Source of the DNA: Candidatus Komeilibacteria bacterium
GTDB taxonomy: Bacteria > Patescibacteriota > Patescibacteriia > UBA1558
Direction of reading: 5' to 3'
Length of the DNA stretch: 55,111 nucleotides
Assembly (NCBI GenBank): GCA_048538275.1
Contig: JBLYPW010000001.1
Location: 431,928-487,038 of the forward strand
A program made the translations under genes and the position numbers. Positions within the stretch are counted from its first letter, which is position 1; each line of letters starts with the position of its first letter. Below the pieces are notes generated by a model. That model did not search any database and was not told the DNA's origin. It saw nothing but the letters and a program-made list of their open reading frames with translations. Shown piece by piece: positions 27,400 through 36,596 of this stretch.

Positions 27400-27436
27400 G
27401 TTTTTTTTCTGACTTAAATAATAATGCGAATATTAT
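27326..27436. repeat. 111-bp direct repeat, copy 2
   Basis: Identical to 26504-26614. Confidence 0.9.
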
Positions 27437-27525
27437 GTAGTGTTTTTTAATTTATCACACCCAAAAACCGACATCTGTACGATGCCGGTTGGCAAAAATT
27501 TGTATAAACACTAATAGCTGATTAG

Positions 27526-28302
27526 TTATTCTATTGCATTTTTTAATTCCACTTCCAGTCTTTGTATGTTCTGCAATATTATATCATGATTATTCTGCGC
27601 CAAATCATATGCCTGTTTCCAATAATCCAATGCCAGCTGTTTCTCTCCTATAGAATCCAAGTAATAGGCATAATCCTTGATGATGGTAACACTGTTATTT
27701 GTATATTCCAATGCTAATTCATACAACGACATCATGTCAGGCTGATGTGCTTTTATTTTATAACGATAAAAATCGATCAGTTGACTCCATGCGGGTAAAT
27801 AGTCACTATCCAACTCTAATGAACGTATTAAATTATTGGTAGCTGACTGCCAAGCACCAGCTTTCACTTGAAAAGTTCCTAAGTTGTACCAACTAAGTGG
27901 TCTATTTGGATATTCTTCTATCGCTTGTGTATATGTTTTAGCGGCTTCATCCCACTGTCCAAGGGATTGATACTTCATAGCCAATACCATATAATCTTCA
28001 AATTTCTGATCATCGATGGTTAAATCACCTTCCTGATAGTCGTCAGCTATTACTCTGGACTCTATCTCATCGATCTCAGCAGATATACGCTGCTCTAATT
28101 CCTGAGTCAATTCCGTATGTGGATACGACTGTTGCTGTTGATTGGATGTTTGATGTGTATATTGATCGGTAATATCTTTGAGCGAAGCCACGATGGGAGA
28201 GTAATTTTCAGCCTCATCACGTGTTTGCTGGGTATAATAATACGCCCCTCCCGCAATCACAATCAGTAGCAATATTGGTAAAATGTAATATTTTAATTTC
28301 AT
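27526..28302 (-). CDS. membrane-anchored TPR repeat protein
   Basis: N-terminal TM helix and TPR-like repeats (YQSLGQWDEAAKTYTQAIEEYPN, WYNLGTFQVKAGAW). Confidence 0.65.
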   Translation of the reverse strand: MKLKYYILPILLLIVIAGGAYYYTQQTRDEAENYSPIVASLKDITDQYTHQTSNQQQQSYPHTELTQELEQRISAEIDEIESRVIADDYQEGDLTIDDQKFEDYMVLAMKYQSLGQWDEAAKTYTQAIEEYPNRPLSWYNLGTFQVKAGAWQSATNNLIRSLELDSDYLPAWSQLIDFYRYKIKAHQPDMMSLYELALEYTNNSVTIIKDYAYYLDSIGEKQLALDYWKQAYDLAQNNHDIILQNIQRLEVELKNAIE

Positions 28303-28420
28303 AATAATAATTTAATACTTCATTGATAATATTATAGTAGACATAAGCATAAACAACAACCCCATTCACCCTACCGGGGAGGGGTCCCCGGCGAGGACCA
28401 TACCCTACCGGGGCGTCTGA

Positions 28421-28458
28421 TCAAAAACAGCAACCCAGCCTCGTGAGAGGCTGGGTTG
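28421..28458 (-). terminator. intrinsic terminator of the 1353-aa surface protein gene
   Basis: 12-bp stem CAACCCAGCCTC/GAGGCTGGGTTG with a 4-nt loop, followed on the minus strand by CTGTTTTT. Confidence 0.75.
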
Positions 28459-28521
28459 TGTAATCCGTGTAATACGGATTGAGTTCTTTCCTAAACCTTT
28501 AGGCTTTAGAAACTAATTAGA

Positions 28522-31500
28522 TTAGTAACTGAAGCTGAAGGTAATAGGATCTTCTGCTCCTGAAACCCAAGTAATTGGGGAAGTTGCAGTTACAGCACCG
28601 TCATACCATGCAACGTCACCAGCTGTTGATACGCCACCGAGATCCATACTAACAATCAAAGTCTGATCGTTAGTATCATCTGTAGCCATCAATGTGTTGG
28701 TATTAGTTACAACAGTATAAACTTGTTCACTTGAACTGATAGTTAGATCAGTTGTAGGAACAAATTCTACGGTTGCTGCTGAAGTAGATGTTGGATAGAG
28801 ATATCCAGTCATCTTAGTAGTACCAGATGAGTCTTTGAAGTAAACTGCTAGACCATCTGTGGTTGCAACAGCACCTAAGTTACCTGAAATATCAAGATTC
28901 AAAGAATCGTTGTACAGTCTCAAGTTATCCACATCTACTGTGTCACCCGAAGCTAATGCAGTAGCAGATGTTAAATTAATTAGAGAAATAACATCTTTTT
29001 CTGCAGAGGTGGTAGGTAGAGTAACTTCAACATACTGCCACACATTTGCGTTAGCATAGTTAACAGTAGTTGAAGCCCTTGCTCCACCATCATCAGTAAC
29101 TGTAAATGTCATGTTATCTGCGGTTTGACTTGAACGTGTCCAGAATCCTAACTTAGAGTAACTTGACCAATCCTGACTAGAGTCAAAAGTATAACGCAGA
29201 ATATTAGCTGCTACAGGTGTGGTTGCACCCTGAGTAAATCTAATGACGTTAGTGCCATAAATTGGAGTAGTTGTATCTACACCAACTGTTGAACCATCGT
29301 CATCTGCGTCTACAGCTGTCCAGTCACCGTCTCCTAGAGAGGTTCCTGATGGAGAAACAGCGTCAGTAATTTCGTCAACTGTTGTACCAGCTCTTAACTT
29401 AGCTTGATAGTTGCTGTCAGCTGTAAAGCCGATCTTAGCAACTTCCTGTGAAGCGCCATAACTACCACCTGAATTATTAGGTGTCTTAGTTGTGGCTGTC
29501 AACATAGTACGGAATGCTTTCATTGAGTTAGCATTCACAGCTGAAGTTAGGTTAACTGAAATGTTACCTGAACCTTCACCGGTAGCTTCAAATGCGCTTC
29601 CGGCACCAGTTGCGAGGTAAGCATAGTTTGCTGTGTTTTCTGTGGCTGCTGTATAAGCAGATACGTCTGCTTTGACTTTAAAAGTCTTCACAGCACCGGC
29701 TGGGAGATCCCAGCTAACTGAGTTGAATGTGGCTACACCACTGGCAGTCACAGGTACGGTAGAACCAATTTGTTCACCGCTGTCACCGTCATACAGTGCC
29801 CAGTTGATAAGAGTATCATCTGCACCTGTACTGTTCTTGACAATGATCTTGCTAACAGTAACATCTTCAGCTCCAGAACTTTCCTCAACACGGAAAGTTG
29901 CAATGTGGTTACCGGTACTACCGGTTACCAACTGCATAGAGTCTGGTGAGTTACCATCTAAGGATACACTGAGTGATCCACCTGTTGAGAAGTAAACGTC
30001 TTGTAGTGTTGCACCTGAAGTGTCGTTGGCTGAGGTATTGGTGTCTACACCAGTACCGTTTACTTGTGAAATCTTTAATTGGCCGACCACACTACCTGTG
30101 GTAGCGCCTGACTTAACGTCAGCGAATACATTAACAACCATACTTTCTGAAGCATTCAAACGAATGCTGGAGCTTGGATTAAAGCTGTAAGTATTGCCAC
30201 CTGAAACAGTAGCTCTGGTATTACCAATTTGAGTACCGTCAGCTTTTTTCAACATCACATTCTGTAACTCATCGAATGCACTACTGGCATCACCCAAAGT
30301 AATAGTTGTAATATCAACCGCTTCGGATGAACCGGCTGTAATTACACCTGAGCCAACTTTTACATTGCTAGAACCGGCTACCCCATATGGGTTGCTAGAA
30401 CTACCAGCGGCAAAAGCGGCATTCTTGGCTGAAGATAGTGTGTTAGCTGTAGTAGTCAGCAGGTAACCTGCTTGATCTGTCATAGAAACAGTTGCAAGAG
30501 ATGTTACGCCTTGCGCACTACCTGAACTAGCAACAACTGTTACTGTAAAGGCGTCATCAGCATCCCATGAATCACCGTCGCCGTCTTTTATGTCAGCTTT
30601 AACAACCAAAGTCTTAGTTTCACCGGCAGGAACTATGAAGTTACTACCGAAATTGAATGTGTAGTTAGTGTTGTTAGCTACCAAGTTGGTAGTGGTTCCA
30701 ATTTGGGAACCATCTACATGTAGAGAAACTTGATACAAACCAGCATTATCTGCTCCTGGATCTGTTGATTCTGCCATCTTAACTGGAAGTGAACTGATCT
30801 TTACATCTTCACCTACAGCAGAGAAATCAACTTTAGCGACTGTAACGTCCGTACCGTCAATTGGTACATTGCCTGATGGTGAATCAGTAGCCCGAGTAAC
30901 AGTCATGCTACCGGTACTAATACTGGTTGAACCACCGGCCTGAATAACAGTCCAGCTGTCTGCTTGATTTGGTTTGATGTTTACACCGTATTCTACGTCT
31001 GTAGCAACCAGATGATATATCTGCTGTACACTAAACTTGAAGTTACGATTAGTACCGCCCACAATATCACCACGTAGTGAGAAATATTCAGTATTTCCCT
31101 TGGTAATACTAATTGGATTAGCACTTAAATCAAAGGTAAGAGTACCATCTGAGCCTAGCTGAGCTTTGGTGTCACCGTACTGGGTACCATCATTCTTTTC
31201 CAATTTGATGTTCTGCAAATCATCTGCAGCGACAGTACCAATATTAGTGAATTTGAGGTACTTAACCTGAACATTCTGATCGGCAGCTGCGAGTGAGAAT
31301 CTCCATAGTTCATAGTCAGTTTCACCAGCATCAACTGTTGAAGAGTATGAACTACTGGCAAGGGTTAACTTACCAAGATCACTCACTTGAGCAGTGCTCA
31401 TGACATTTCCGGTAACAGGGAAGGTGCCCTCAATAGTAGCGCCTGATGCAGTTACAACATCTGAAGAGCTTAAGATAGCAAACTTCATGTTGCGACTCGC

Positions 31501-32583
31501 TGAGGTACCGTTGGCAATATCAACTTTCAAGGTAACAGCCTTGGTACTGCCAGCTGAAACTGTAAACAGGCCATTGCTATTATTGAATGTCAATACACCA
31601 TCTGAAATGGAAGAATAACGAGCAATTAATTCATTGCCGTCATACAAATAAAAATCTGAAAAATCACTATCTGCTGAAGGGACTCCTTGGCGTTTGAATT
31701 TGACAGTATTAACTTGGATTGCTCCATCTGATGAAGCAGCAAAGTTAACAGTCATCATTTCAGCCATTGACTGAGCACCATCACCTGAAACTGCGTCAGC
31801 AATTAGTGTTGAGGAATCAGCACTACTTGAAGCCAAACCTACGGTCAAGCCGGTACCACCAACTGGAACACCAGAGCCGGCGTTACCACCTTGGGAAACG
31901 TCCATCAATGAGCTGTCAGCTGCGGAAATGGCGGAACCATCACTGTAAGCGCTTAGATCAGAGACAGTGATGATATAGTTGGCGTCATAACCATTAGCGC
32001 TCAAAGCATCCATAGATGCAAAAGGACGCTTGGCACCATCGGCGATCAAATAGATGGTATCGCTACCTTCCATTTTTACCAAGGAACCGGCTGGTACGTC
32101 GCCAGAAGCCAAATCAGAACCCACGGTGTATTGTGGGAAAAATACTTCGTTAATGTCATTCACCCGACTAGCCCAGTCAGCACCGTATAAACCGGCAGCG
32201 ATCTCTTCGCTAGGAATCCAGCGTAAGTTACCACTTGGTTCAACAGCGTAAACCTTGGCAGTATTAGGATGAGTGACCAATTTTGTACCCGCACGATACA
32301 AAACCATACCACCGTCGGCATAAGTGTCTAATTCTGCAACGCTCAATAACTGAACATTGGAGAAATCACTGTACCAACTAAAGTAGGTCTTGGCATCCGG
32401 GAATACATACTTCTTCATATCACTACCAATGTAGTAAACAGCGTCGCTGTTAGGTCCTTTTACCAAGGAACCGGCATCAACGGCAGCTTGCGCTACATTT
32501 GGAGTAACAAAACCTAGACCAAAAGTAGCTATAGTAGCTATGGTCACGGCAATGATGAAGCTTTTTTTAGCAAAATTTGCCAT
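28522..32583 (-). CDS. very large secreted/surface protein (S-layer or adhesin-like)
   Basis: 1353 aa with an N-terminal signal/anchor. Three N-terminal surface-repeat domains, then Ser/Thr/Ala/Gly-rich beta-type repeats. Strong AAGGAG Shine-Dalgarno. Confidence 0.75.
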   Translation of the reverse strand: MANFAKKSFIIAVTIATIATFGLGFVTPNVAQAAVDAGSLVKGPNSDAVYYIGSDMKKYVFPDAKTYFSWYSDFSNVQLLSVAELDTYADGGMVLYRAGTKLVTHPNTAKVYAVEPSGNLRWIPSEEIAAGLYGADWASRVNDINEVFFPQYTVGSDLASGDVPAGSLVKMEGSDTIYLIADGAKRPFASMDALSANGYDANYIITVSDLSAYSDGSAISAADSSLMDVSQGGNAGSGVPVGGTGLTVGLASSSADSSTLIADAVSGDGAQSMAEMMTVNFAASSDGAIQVNTVKFKRQGVPSADSDFSDFYLYDGNELIARYSSISDGVLTFNNSNGLFTVSAGSTKAVTLKVDIANGTSASRNMKFAILSSSDVVTASGATIEGTFPVTGNVMSTAQVSDLGKLTLASSSYSSTVDAGETDYELWRFSLAAADQNVQVKYLKFTNIGTVAADDLQNIKLEKNDGTQYGDTKAQLGSDGTLTFDLSANPISITKGNTEYFSLRGDIVGGTNRNFKFSVQQIYHLVATDVEYGVNIKPNQADSWTVIQAGGSTSISTGSMTVTRATDSPSGNVPIDGTDVTVAKVDFSAVGEDVKISSLPVKMAESTDPGADNAGLYQVSLHVDGSQIGTTTNLVANNTNYTFNFGSNFIVPAGETKTLVVKADIKDGDGDSWDADDAFTVTVVASSGSAQGVTSLATVSMTDQAGYLLTTTANTLSSAKNAAFAAGSSSNPYGVAGSSNVKVGSGVITAGSSEAVDITTITLGDASSAFDELQNVMLKKADGTQIGNTRATVSGGNTYSFNPSSSIRLNASESMVVNVFADVKSGATTGSVVGQLKISQVNGTGVDTNTSANDTSGATLQDVYFSTGGSLSVSLDGNSPDSMQLVTGSTGNHIATFRVEESSGAEDVTVSKIIVKNSTGADDTLINWALYDGDSGEQIGSTVPVTASGVATFNSVSWDLPAGAVKTFKVKADVSAYTAATENTANYAYLATGAGSAFEATGEGSGNISVNLTSAVNANSMKAFRTMLTATTKTPNNSGGSYGASQEVAKIGFTADSNYQAKLRAGTTVDEITDAVSPSGTSLGDGDWTAVDADDDGSTVGVDTTTPIYGTNVIRFTQGATTPVAANILRYTFDSSQDWSSYSKLGFWTRSSQTADNMTFTVTDDGGARASTTVNYANANVWQYVEVTLPTTSAEKDVISLINLTSATALASGDTVDVDNLRLYNDSLNLDISGNLGAVATTDGLAVYFKDSSGTTKMTGYLYPTSTSAATVEFVPTTDLTISSSEQVYTVVTNTNTLMATDDTNDQTLIVSMDLGGVSTAGDVAWYDGAVTATSPITWVSGAEDPITFSFSY

Positions 32584-32901
32584 ATAAATTAAATCTCCTT
32601 ATTAACTTATCAGTTATTCACTTATGCTACACAAGTCAAGAACAAATCCCCACTAGGGGGAGACTAGCCTTTACTTTGGTCAGTGACGCCCAATGCGTCC
32701 CGACCTTTACCGTACCAAAGCATCGGTGCTCAAGTTGGTAGGGTCGCTCAATCACCTAAAACAGGCAACTGAGAAATAAGTAAAAACAACCAATAAGTGT
32801 TTATCAACAATATCACTTATCTCCGCTCTTAAAATCGGGGAGAATAAGGATGATTGTTTGTCAAACTTTAGCCTACTACGCGAATTAAACTGTGTAATAG
32901 G

Positions 32902-32943
32902 CCATCCGTCATACCAATTTATAAATTGGTATGACGGATGGCA
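32902..32943. repeat. 42-bp perfect palindrome
   Basis: GCCATCCGTCATACCAATTTA|TAAATTGGTATGACGGATGGC, 6 nt downstream of the DUF5667 gene stop. No U-tract on either strand. Confidence 0.9.
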
Positions 32944-32949
32944 CATCAC

Positions 32950-33945
32950 TTATTTCTTCTCTATCTCGGCCGGTAACTCTACCTGATCCAACTGGCTATT
33001 TACCTGAGCGATCAATTGTTTAGCCTCCGTCAAATCCGCAAAAGCGGTTTTATAATCAGCTCCGTCAAAACTGACCTTGGCGCTATTTAATAAACCAGAG
33101 ACCTGACGAATCTGAGCATAAGCGGTCTGCCAATCTATATTTATAGCATCTTTGAGAGACTGCTCTTTTACCTTGGCTTCACTTTCTTGCACCTGCTCAC
33201 TCAAGGAAATCAACTGTTGCTCAATAATAGCCACAAACTTACTAACAGTTTCTTCGGCGGTAATTTTATCCTCCCCATACATGCTAACCAAATAACGCAA
33301 AGTCTTATCTTCTATATTAGCGGTAGAAAGCAAAACATCGTCCAAAGCCTGCAATGCTTCAGGAGCAATCACACTTTGCTTGGTTTCGCCCAAAACATCC
33401 ACTCCGGCATTGGCATTATTATTGATCCGCATAGCCAGCTCATCCAGCTCAGCGGCATCGCTTTGCTCGGCCTGCGCAATTTCCAAAGAAGTGGCGGCGG
33501 CCGCCAAATCCTTTTCTAGACGCTTGGCAGTGCCCTGAATATCTTCATCACTGGCTTTATCCACTGTTAATTTACGTAAGTCATTAATGCGTTGAGAAGC
33601 GTGTCGGCTATATACTTCCGCTTCTTGAGCCGGTGTCGTGGCCAACATCAATTCTACTTTTTCTATTACCACTCTACCCGGATAAAGCACACTGCCCGGC
33701 AAAGAAGCTTTGGCCATCATAGAAGTGCTAAAACCAACAGCTACTAATAATAAAATAACCAAGGCTCGCACCGGAGCCATGGTAATATGAGCTAAACCTA
33801 AATTAAAATTACCCAATACACGGGACAAGCCACGGGCCGGAGTAATATCAATCTCGGACAATAAACGCTCGCGATTGGCTATCACCCAAGCATTGTCCGG
33901 AGTGGCACTTTTCAATTTATTTAATTGTTTAACTAGGTTATCCAT
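32950..33945 (-). CDS. DUF5667-like membrane protein (putative anti-sigma / sigma-associated)
   Basis: Cytoplasmic N-terminus, one TM helix (VRALVILLLVAVGF) and a coiled-coil-rich exterior. Sits downstream of the ECF sigma gene. Confidence 0.55.
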   Translation of the reverse strand: MDNLVKQLNKLKSATPDNAWVIANRERLLSEIDITPARGLSRVLGNFNLGLAHITMAPVRALVILLLVAVGFSTSMMAKASLPGSVLYPGRVVIEKVELMLATTPAQEAEVYSRHASQRINDLRKLTVDKASDEDIQGTAKRLEKDLAAAATSLEIAQAEQSDAAELDELAMRINNNANAGVDVLGETKQSVIAPEALQALDDVLLSTANIEDKTLRYLVSMYGEDKITAEETVSKFVAIIEQQLISLSEQVQESEAKVKEQSLKDAINIDWQTAYAQIRQVSGLLNSAKVSFDGADYKTAFADLTEAKQLIAQVNSQLDQVELPAEIEKK

Positions 33946-33984
33946 TATATATAGTTTATTTTTTTATCACCCCTCTCCTAACAG

Positions 33985-34370
33985 CGTCATAGTATCCTTG
34001 TGATACAGGGCTTTATCCTTTCCCTTGTCATTTCGACCGTAGTCACGCCCAGTCAGACGTGGCCTCGTCAGCTTAAGCTGACGTGACGGGCTTCCTCTCG
34101 TCATTTCGACCCAACTATCATTTTCTTTGTCACTTCGACCGAGCGCAAGCGAGCGGAGAAGTCTCTCAGCACACCACTCCCTTATAGACTTCTCCACTCG
34201 TCCGCACTGCGTTTGGACATCGGTCGAAGTGACGAGGAAGTGTTATAAGCAGATAAAGACCCTGTCAGACGTGGCAGGCTCAGTCTGACGGGGTGAGCCT
34301 CGTCAGACGGCAAACATCTAGTCTGACGGGGCGAGCCTCGTCAGACGGCATATATCTAGTCTGACGGGGG
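33985..34370. repeat. mosaic repeat cluster 6
   Basis: Module T, palindrome Z (about 34062-34091), a Y/X hairpin composite (34128-34234) and three GTCAGAC-12 nt-GTCTGAC hairpins (34263-34366). Confidence 0.9.
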
Positions 34371-34399
34371 AAGTAATCTCATTCCAAATCTTTGTATCT

Positions 34400-34945
34400 C
34401 TATTGGTAGCCCCGCAAAATCTTTTTTAACTCTTGTAAAGCGCGGTGACTGATGGTAGTAATATTATTATTGGACTTGTCCAGAATCTTAGCTACTTCGG
34501 AAACAGATAAACCTTCTATATATCTTAATATCACCACTTCACGATAATCATCATTATTCATCAGACCCAGTGCTTTCTTGATTAACTGACGATCAATATG
34601 GGCGTGAATCCGATCCGTGGCATCTTGTCCCTCATCCTGCAAGTCATAAGATAAAGGTAATTCTGTACGCTGTCGCGAACGATAATAATCTATGATCAAA
34701 TTTCTCAGTATTTGATAAAGTAATGCCTGTAAAGAACGTATCTGTCCACCGACCAGAATTTTCTCCCACATCTTGAGAAAAGTCTGTGAGACCAAATCCT
34801 CGGCCATTTCTTTATTGCTAGTCTTGTAATAAGCAAAACGATAAAGGCGACTTACATATTTATTATATATATTAGCAAAAGCGCTCTTATCGCCGAGTCG
34901 CGCCTTTAAAATCAGTAATTTATCTGTTAGTTTATCACGACTCAT
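34400..34945 (-). CDS. ECF-type RNA polymerase sigma-70 family factor
   Basis: 181 aa. Region 2 (YRFAYYKTSNKEMAEDLVSQTFLKMW) and region 4 HTH (GLSVSEVAKILDKSNNNITTISHRAL). Confidence 0.85.
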   Translation of the reverse strand: MSRDKLTDKLLILKARLGDKSAFANIYNKYVSRLYRFAYYKTSNKEMAEDLVSQTFLKMWEKILVGGQIRSLQALLYQILRNLIIDYYRSRQRTELPLSYDLQDEGQDATDRIHAHIDRQLIKKALGLMNNDDYREVVILRYIEGLSVSEVAKILDKSNNNITTISHRALQELKKILRGYQ

Positions 34946-35294
34946 TATTTAAGACGTCATTAATAGCTTAATGTTACAGTAAAATTTCCTTACAATGTAC
35001 AGTATTATAATAAAAAAAAGCAGAATATTCCACTTAGTTTATCTACAGTTTTAGACTATTTTTTGGTCATAATCTTACAAGAACAATACTTTACCACGTC
35101 CTACCGTCTATGTCAATGGGGAGATATTATATATACATAATTTTACATTATACTTTATAAGGTGTAGAATAGTGTAGAAGTTCTAGTAAGAATATTGTTA
35201 AATCACTATTTTATATTCATTTGAATCAACCATTATACTCCCCTATCACTTTGAGCGGGTTATTGCTGTATTATGACAATTATTCCTCACCTCA

Positions 35295-35596
35295 CCCCGT
35301 CACTTTGACTGTAATTCATGGGTATTGCTATTAGACTTCTCCGCTCGTCCGCACTGCGTTTGGACATCGGTCGAAGTGACGAGGAAGTGTGATGAGCAGA
35401 GACAAAGGACCCTGTCAGACGGGCCTCGTCAGCTTAAGCTGACGTGACGGGCTTCCCCTCGTCATTTCAACCGAGCAATCATACCTCCCCCACCGTCACT
35501 TCGACCGAGCGCAAGCGAGCGGAGAAATCTCTCACCACACCACTCCCTTATAGACTCTCCACTCGTCCTCACTGTGTTTGACAGCGGTCAAAGTGA
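35295..35596. repeat. mosaic repeat cluster 7 (left arm of the ~290-bp inverted repeat)
   Basis: X (35333-35381), linker, palindrome Z (about 35420-35452) and a Y/X composite (35494-35596). 35295-35587 is the reverse complement of 40819-41108. Confidence 0.9.
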
Positions 35597-35662
35597 CAAG
35601 TCTATTATTGTGTCGTCTTGTTATTATTAACCCTCTATTACTCCCTTGTTGATTATAATCAT

Positions 35663-35962
35663 ATGATCAGAATAACCGTTTCCGAGGCTAGCCGCTTATT
35701 TGGCGTTTCTACCAAAACTATAAGGCAAGCCATTAAAAATCAAGAAATAAAATATGTCGTAGTCAGAGGTCGCTATAAGCTCCAATTTGAGTCGGTCTTA
35801 AAGTGGTCACAAATCAGTACCCGACGCCGTAATCAGCGTGACCGACAAGGCATTGGTCGCTATGTTGATCAGTGGAATATTTCCAATCGCAAATATTCTC
35901 CCCGACCAGAATATATCAAACAGGATGAAACCGGCCACTACTTTGTTGACAAAAATAAATAA
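35663..35962 (+). CDS. excisionase/MerR-type helix-turn-helix DNA-binding protein
   Basis: MIRITVSEASRLFGVSTKTIRQAIKNQEIKYVVVRGRYK resembles excisionase-family HTH proteins. ATG at 35663 is preferred over the TTG at 35618. Confidence 0.55.
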   Translation: MIRITVSEASRLFGVSTKTIRQAIKNQEIKYVVVRGRYKLQFESVLKWSQISTRRRNQRDRQGIGRYVDQWNISNRKYSPRPEYIKQDETGHYFVDKNK

Positions 35963-35999
35963 TTTGACAAGACAATAAAATTGCTGCTATATTAATATC

Positions 36000-36176
36000 A
36001 CCCTAAAAACCCGTCCTGTGACCTGCCTGTTATAATACACTCTACCTAATTTGGTAAAAGCGTATACTCCACATAACTTGTCAGGTCACTACCCGGTAGC
36101 TACAGAATGTAACCATTCTGTGCACTCCCTACCCCCCGGCTTATAGCTTAAAGCAGCTGGGGGGTTTATTTATTTT
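36000..36176 (+). ncRNA. candidate structured small RNA A
   Basis: TTGACA 35964-35969, 18 nt, TATATT 35988-35993. Internal stems GTGACCTG/CAGGTCAC and ACAGAATG-TAAC-CATTCTGT. CCCCCC...GGGGGG hairpin plus T-rich tail (36132-36176). No ORF. Confidence 0.45.
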
Positions 36177-36223
36177 GACATAATAACTATTGACACTTTA
36201 CCCACTATCTGCTATGCTTGCAG

Positions 36224-36328
36224 TGCTGTCCTGCACAAGCGCCTAGACTAGAAGAGATAGAAAATCTTCAAATAGGCGAAGCAAACAAAAGGGGCCCCAA
36301 TCTTATGTCCAAAAAAGGGGCCCTTTTT
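36224..36328 (+). ncRNA. candidate structured small RNA B
   Basis: TTGACA 36190-36195, 17 nt, TATGCT 36213-36218. Stems TGCAG/CTGCA and CGCCT/AGGCG. GGGCCCC...GGGGCCC hairpin followed by TTTTT (36291-36328). Confidence 0.4.
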
Positions 36329-36364
36329 ACTTGACAAATATATAAGCTTTTTATACTATTGAAT

Positions 36365-36548
36365 CATAACCTAGGGTTGTATAAACAACTACTAGGTGAA
36401 AAAAATGGCGCCCGTGTTATTTAATATATCAATGCATAAATCCTCCTCACGGTTAAGCAAAGATACATAGCGGGCGCCATTACTTCACATCTTATGACCT
36501 TAATTTTTTGAGATGTGCTGACTGACTGCTTAAAGTGGTCAGTTTTTT
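36365..36548 (+). ncRNA. candidate structured small RNA C (contains a 21-codon sORF)
   Basis: TTGACA 36331-36336 with TATACT/TACTAT at 15-17 nt. 10-bp inverted repeat ATGGCGCCCG/CGGGCGCCAT (36405-36414, 36471-36480). Terminator ACTGACTGC-TTAAA-GTGGTCAGT plus T6 (36521-36548). Confidence 0.45.
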
Positions 36549-36596
36549 GTGGAAAAAAAGCTTGACAATAATAACATGATAATTTAATATTATTTG

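Noticed and set aside
20271-27525. Prophage or integrative element interpretation of the accessory islet.
   Set aside because: No integrase or recombinase, no flanking tRNA, and no phage structural or replication genes were seen.
28368-28413. Pair of 12-nt direct repeats ACCCTACCGGGG (GGTAGGGT on the minus strand) flanking a CCGGGGA/TCCCCGG hairpin; REP-like with GTAG.
   Set aside because: It occurs only once in the window, so it cannot be tied to the Y1 transposase. It may simply be part of the terminator region.
29672-29995. Antisense or shadow ORFs inside long genes (for example 628-828, 2908-3111, 29672-29995, 38070-38453, 44118-44546, 47959-48285).
   Set aside because: Each lies fully inside a longer, well-supported gene on the opposite strand or in another frame.
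32752-32949. 65-aa minus-strand ORF upstream of the surface protein gene.
   Set aside because: It starts inside the 42-bp palindrome, has no RBS and has an odd composition. It is more likely part of the untranslated leader.
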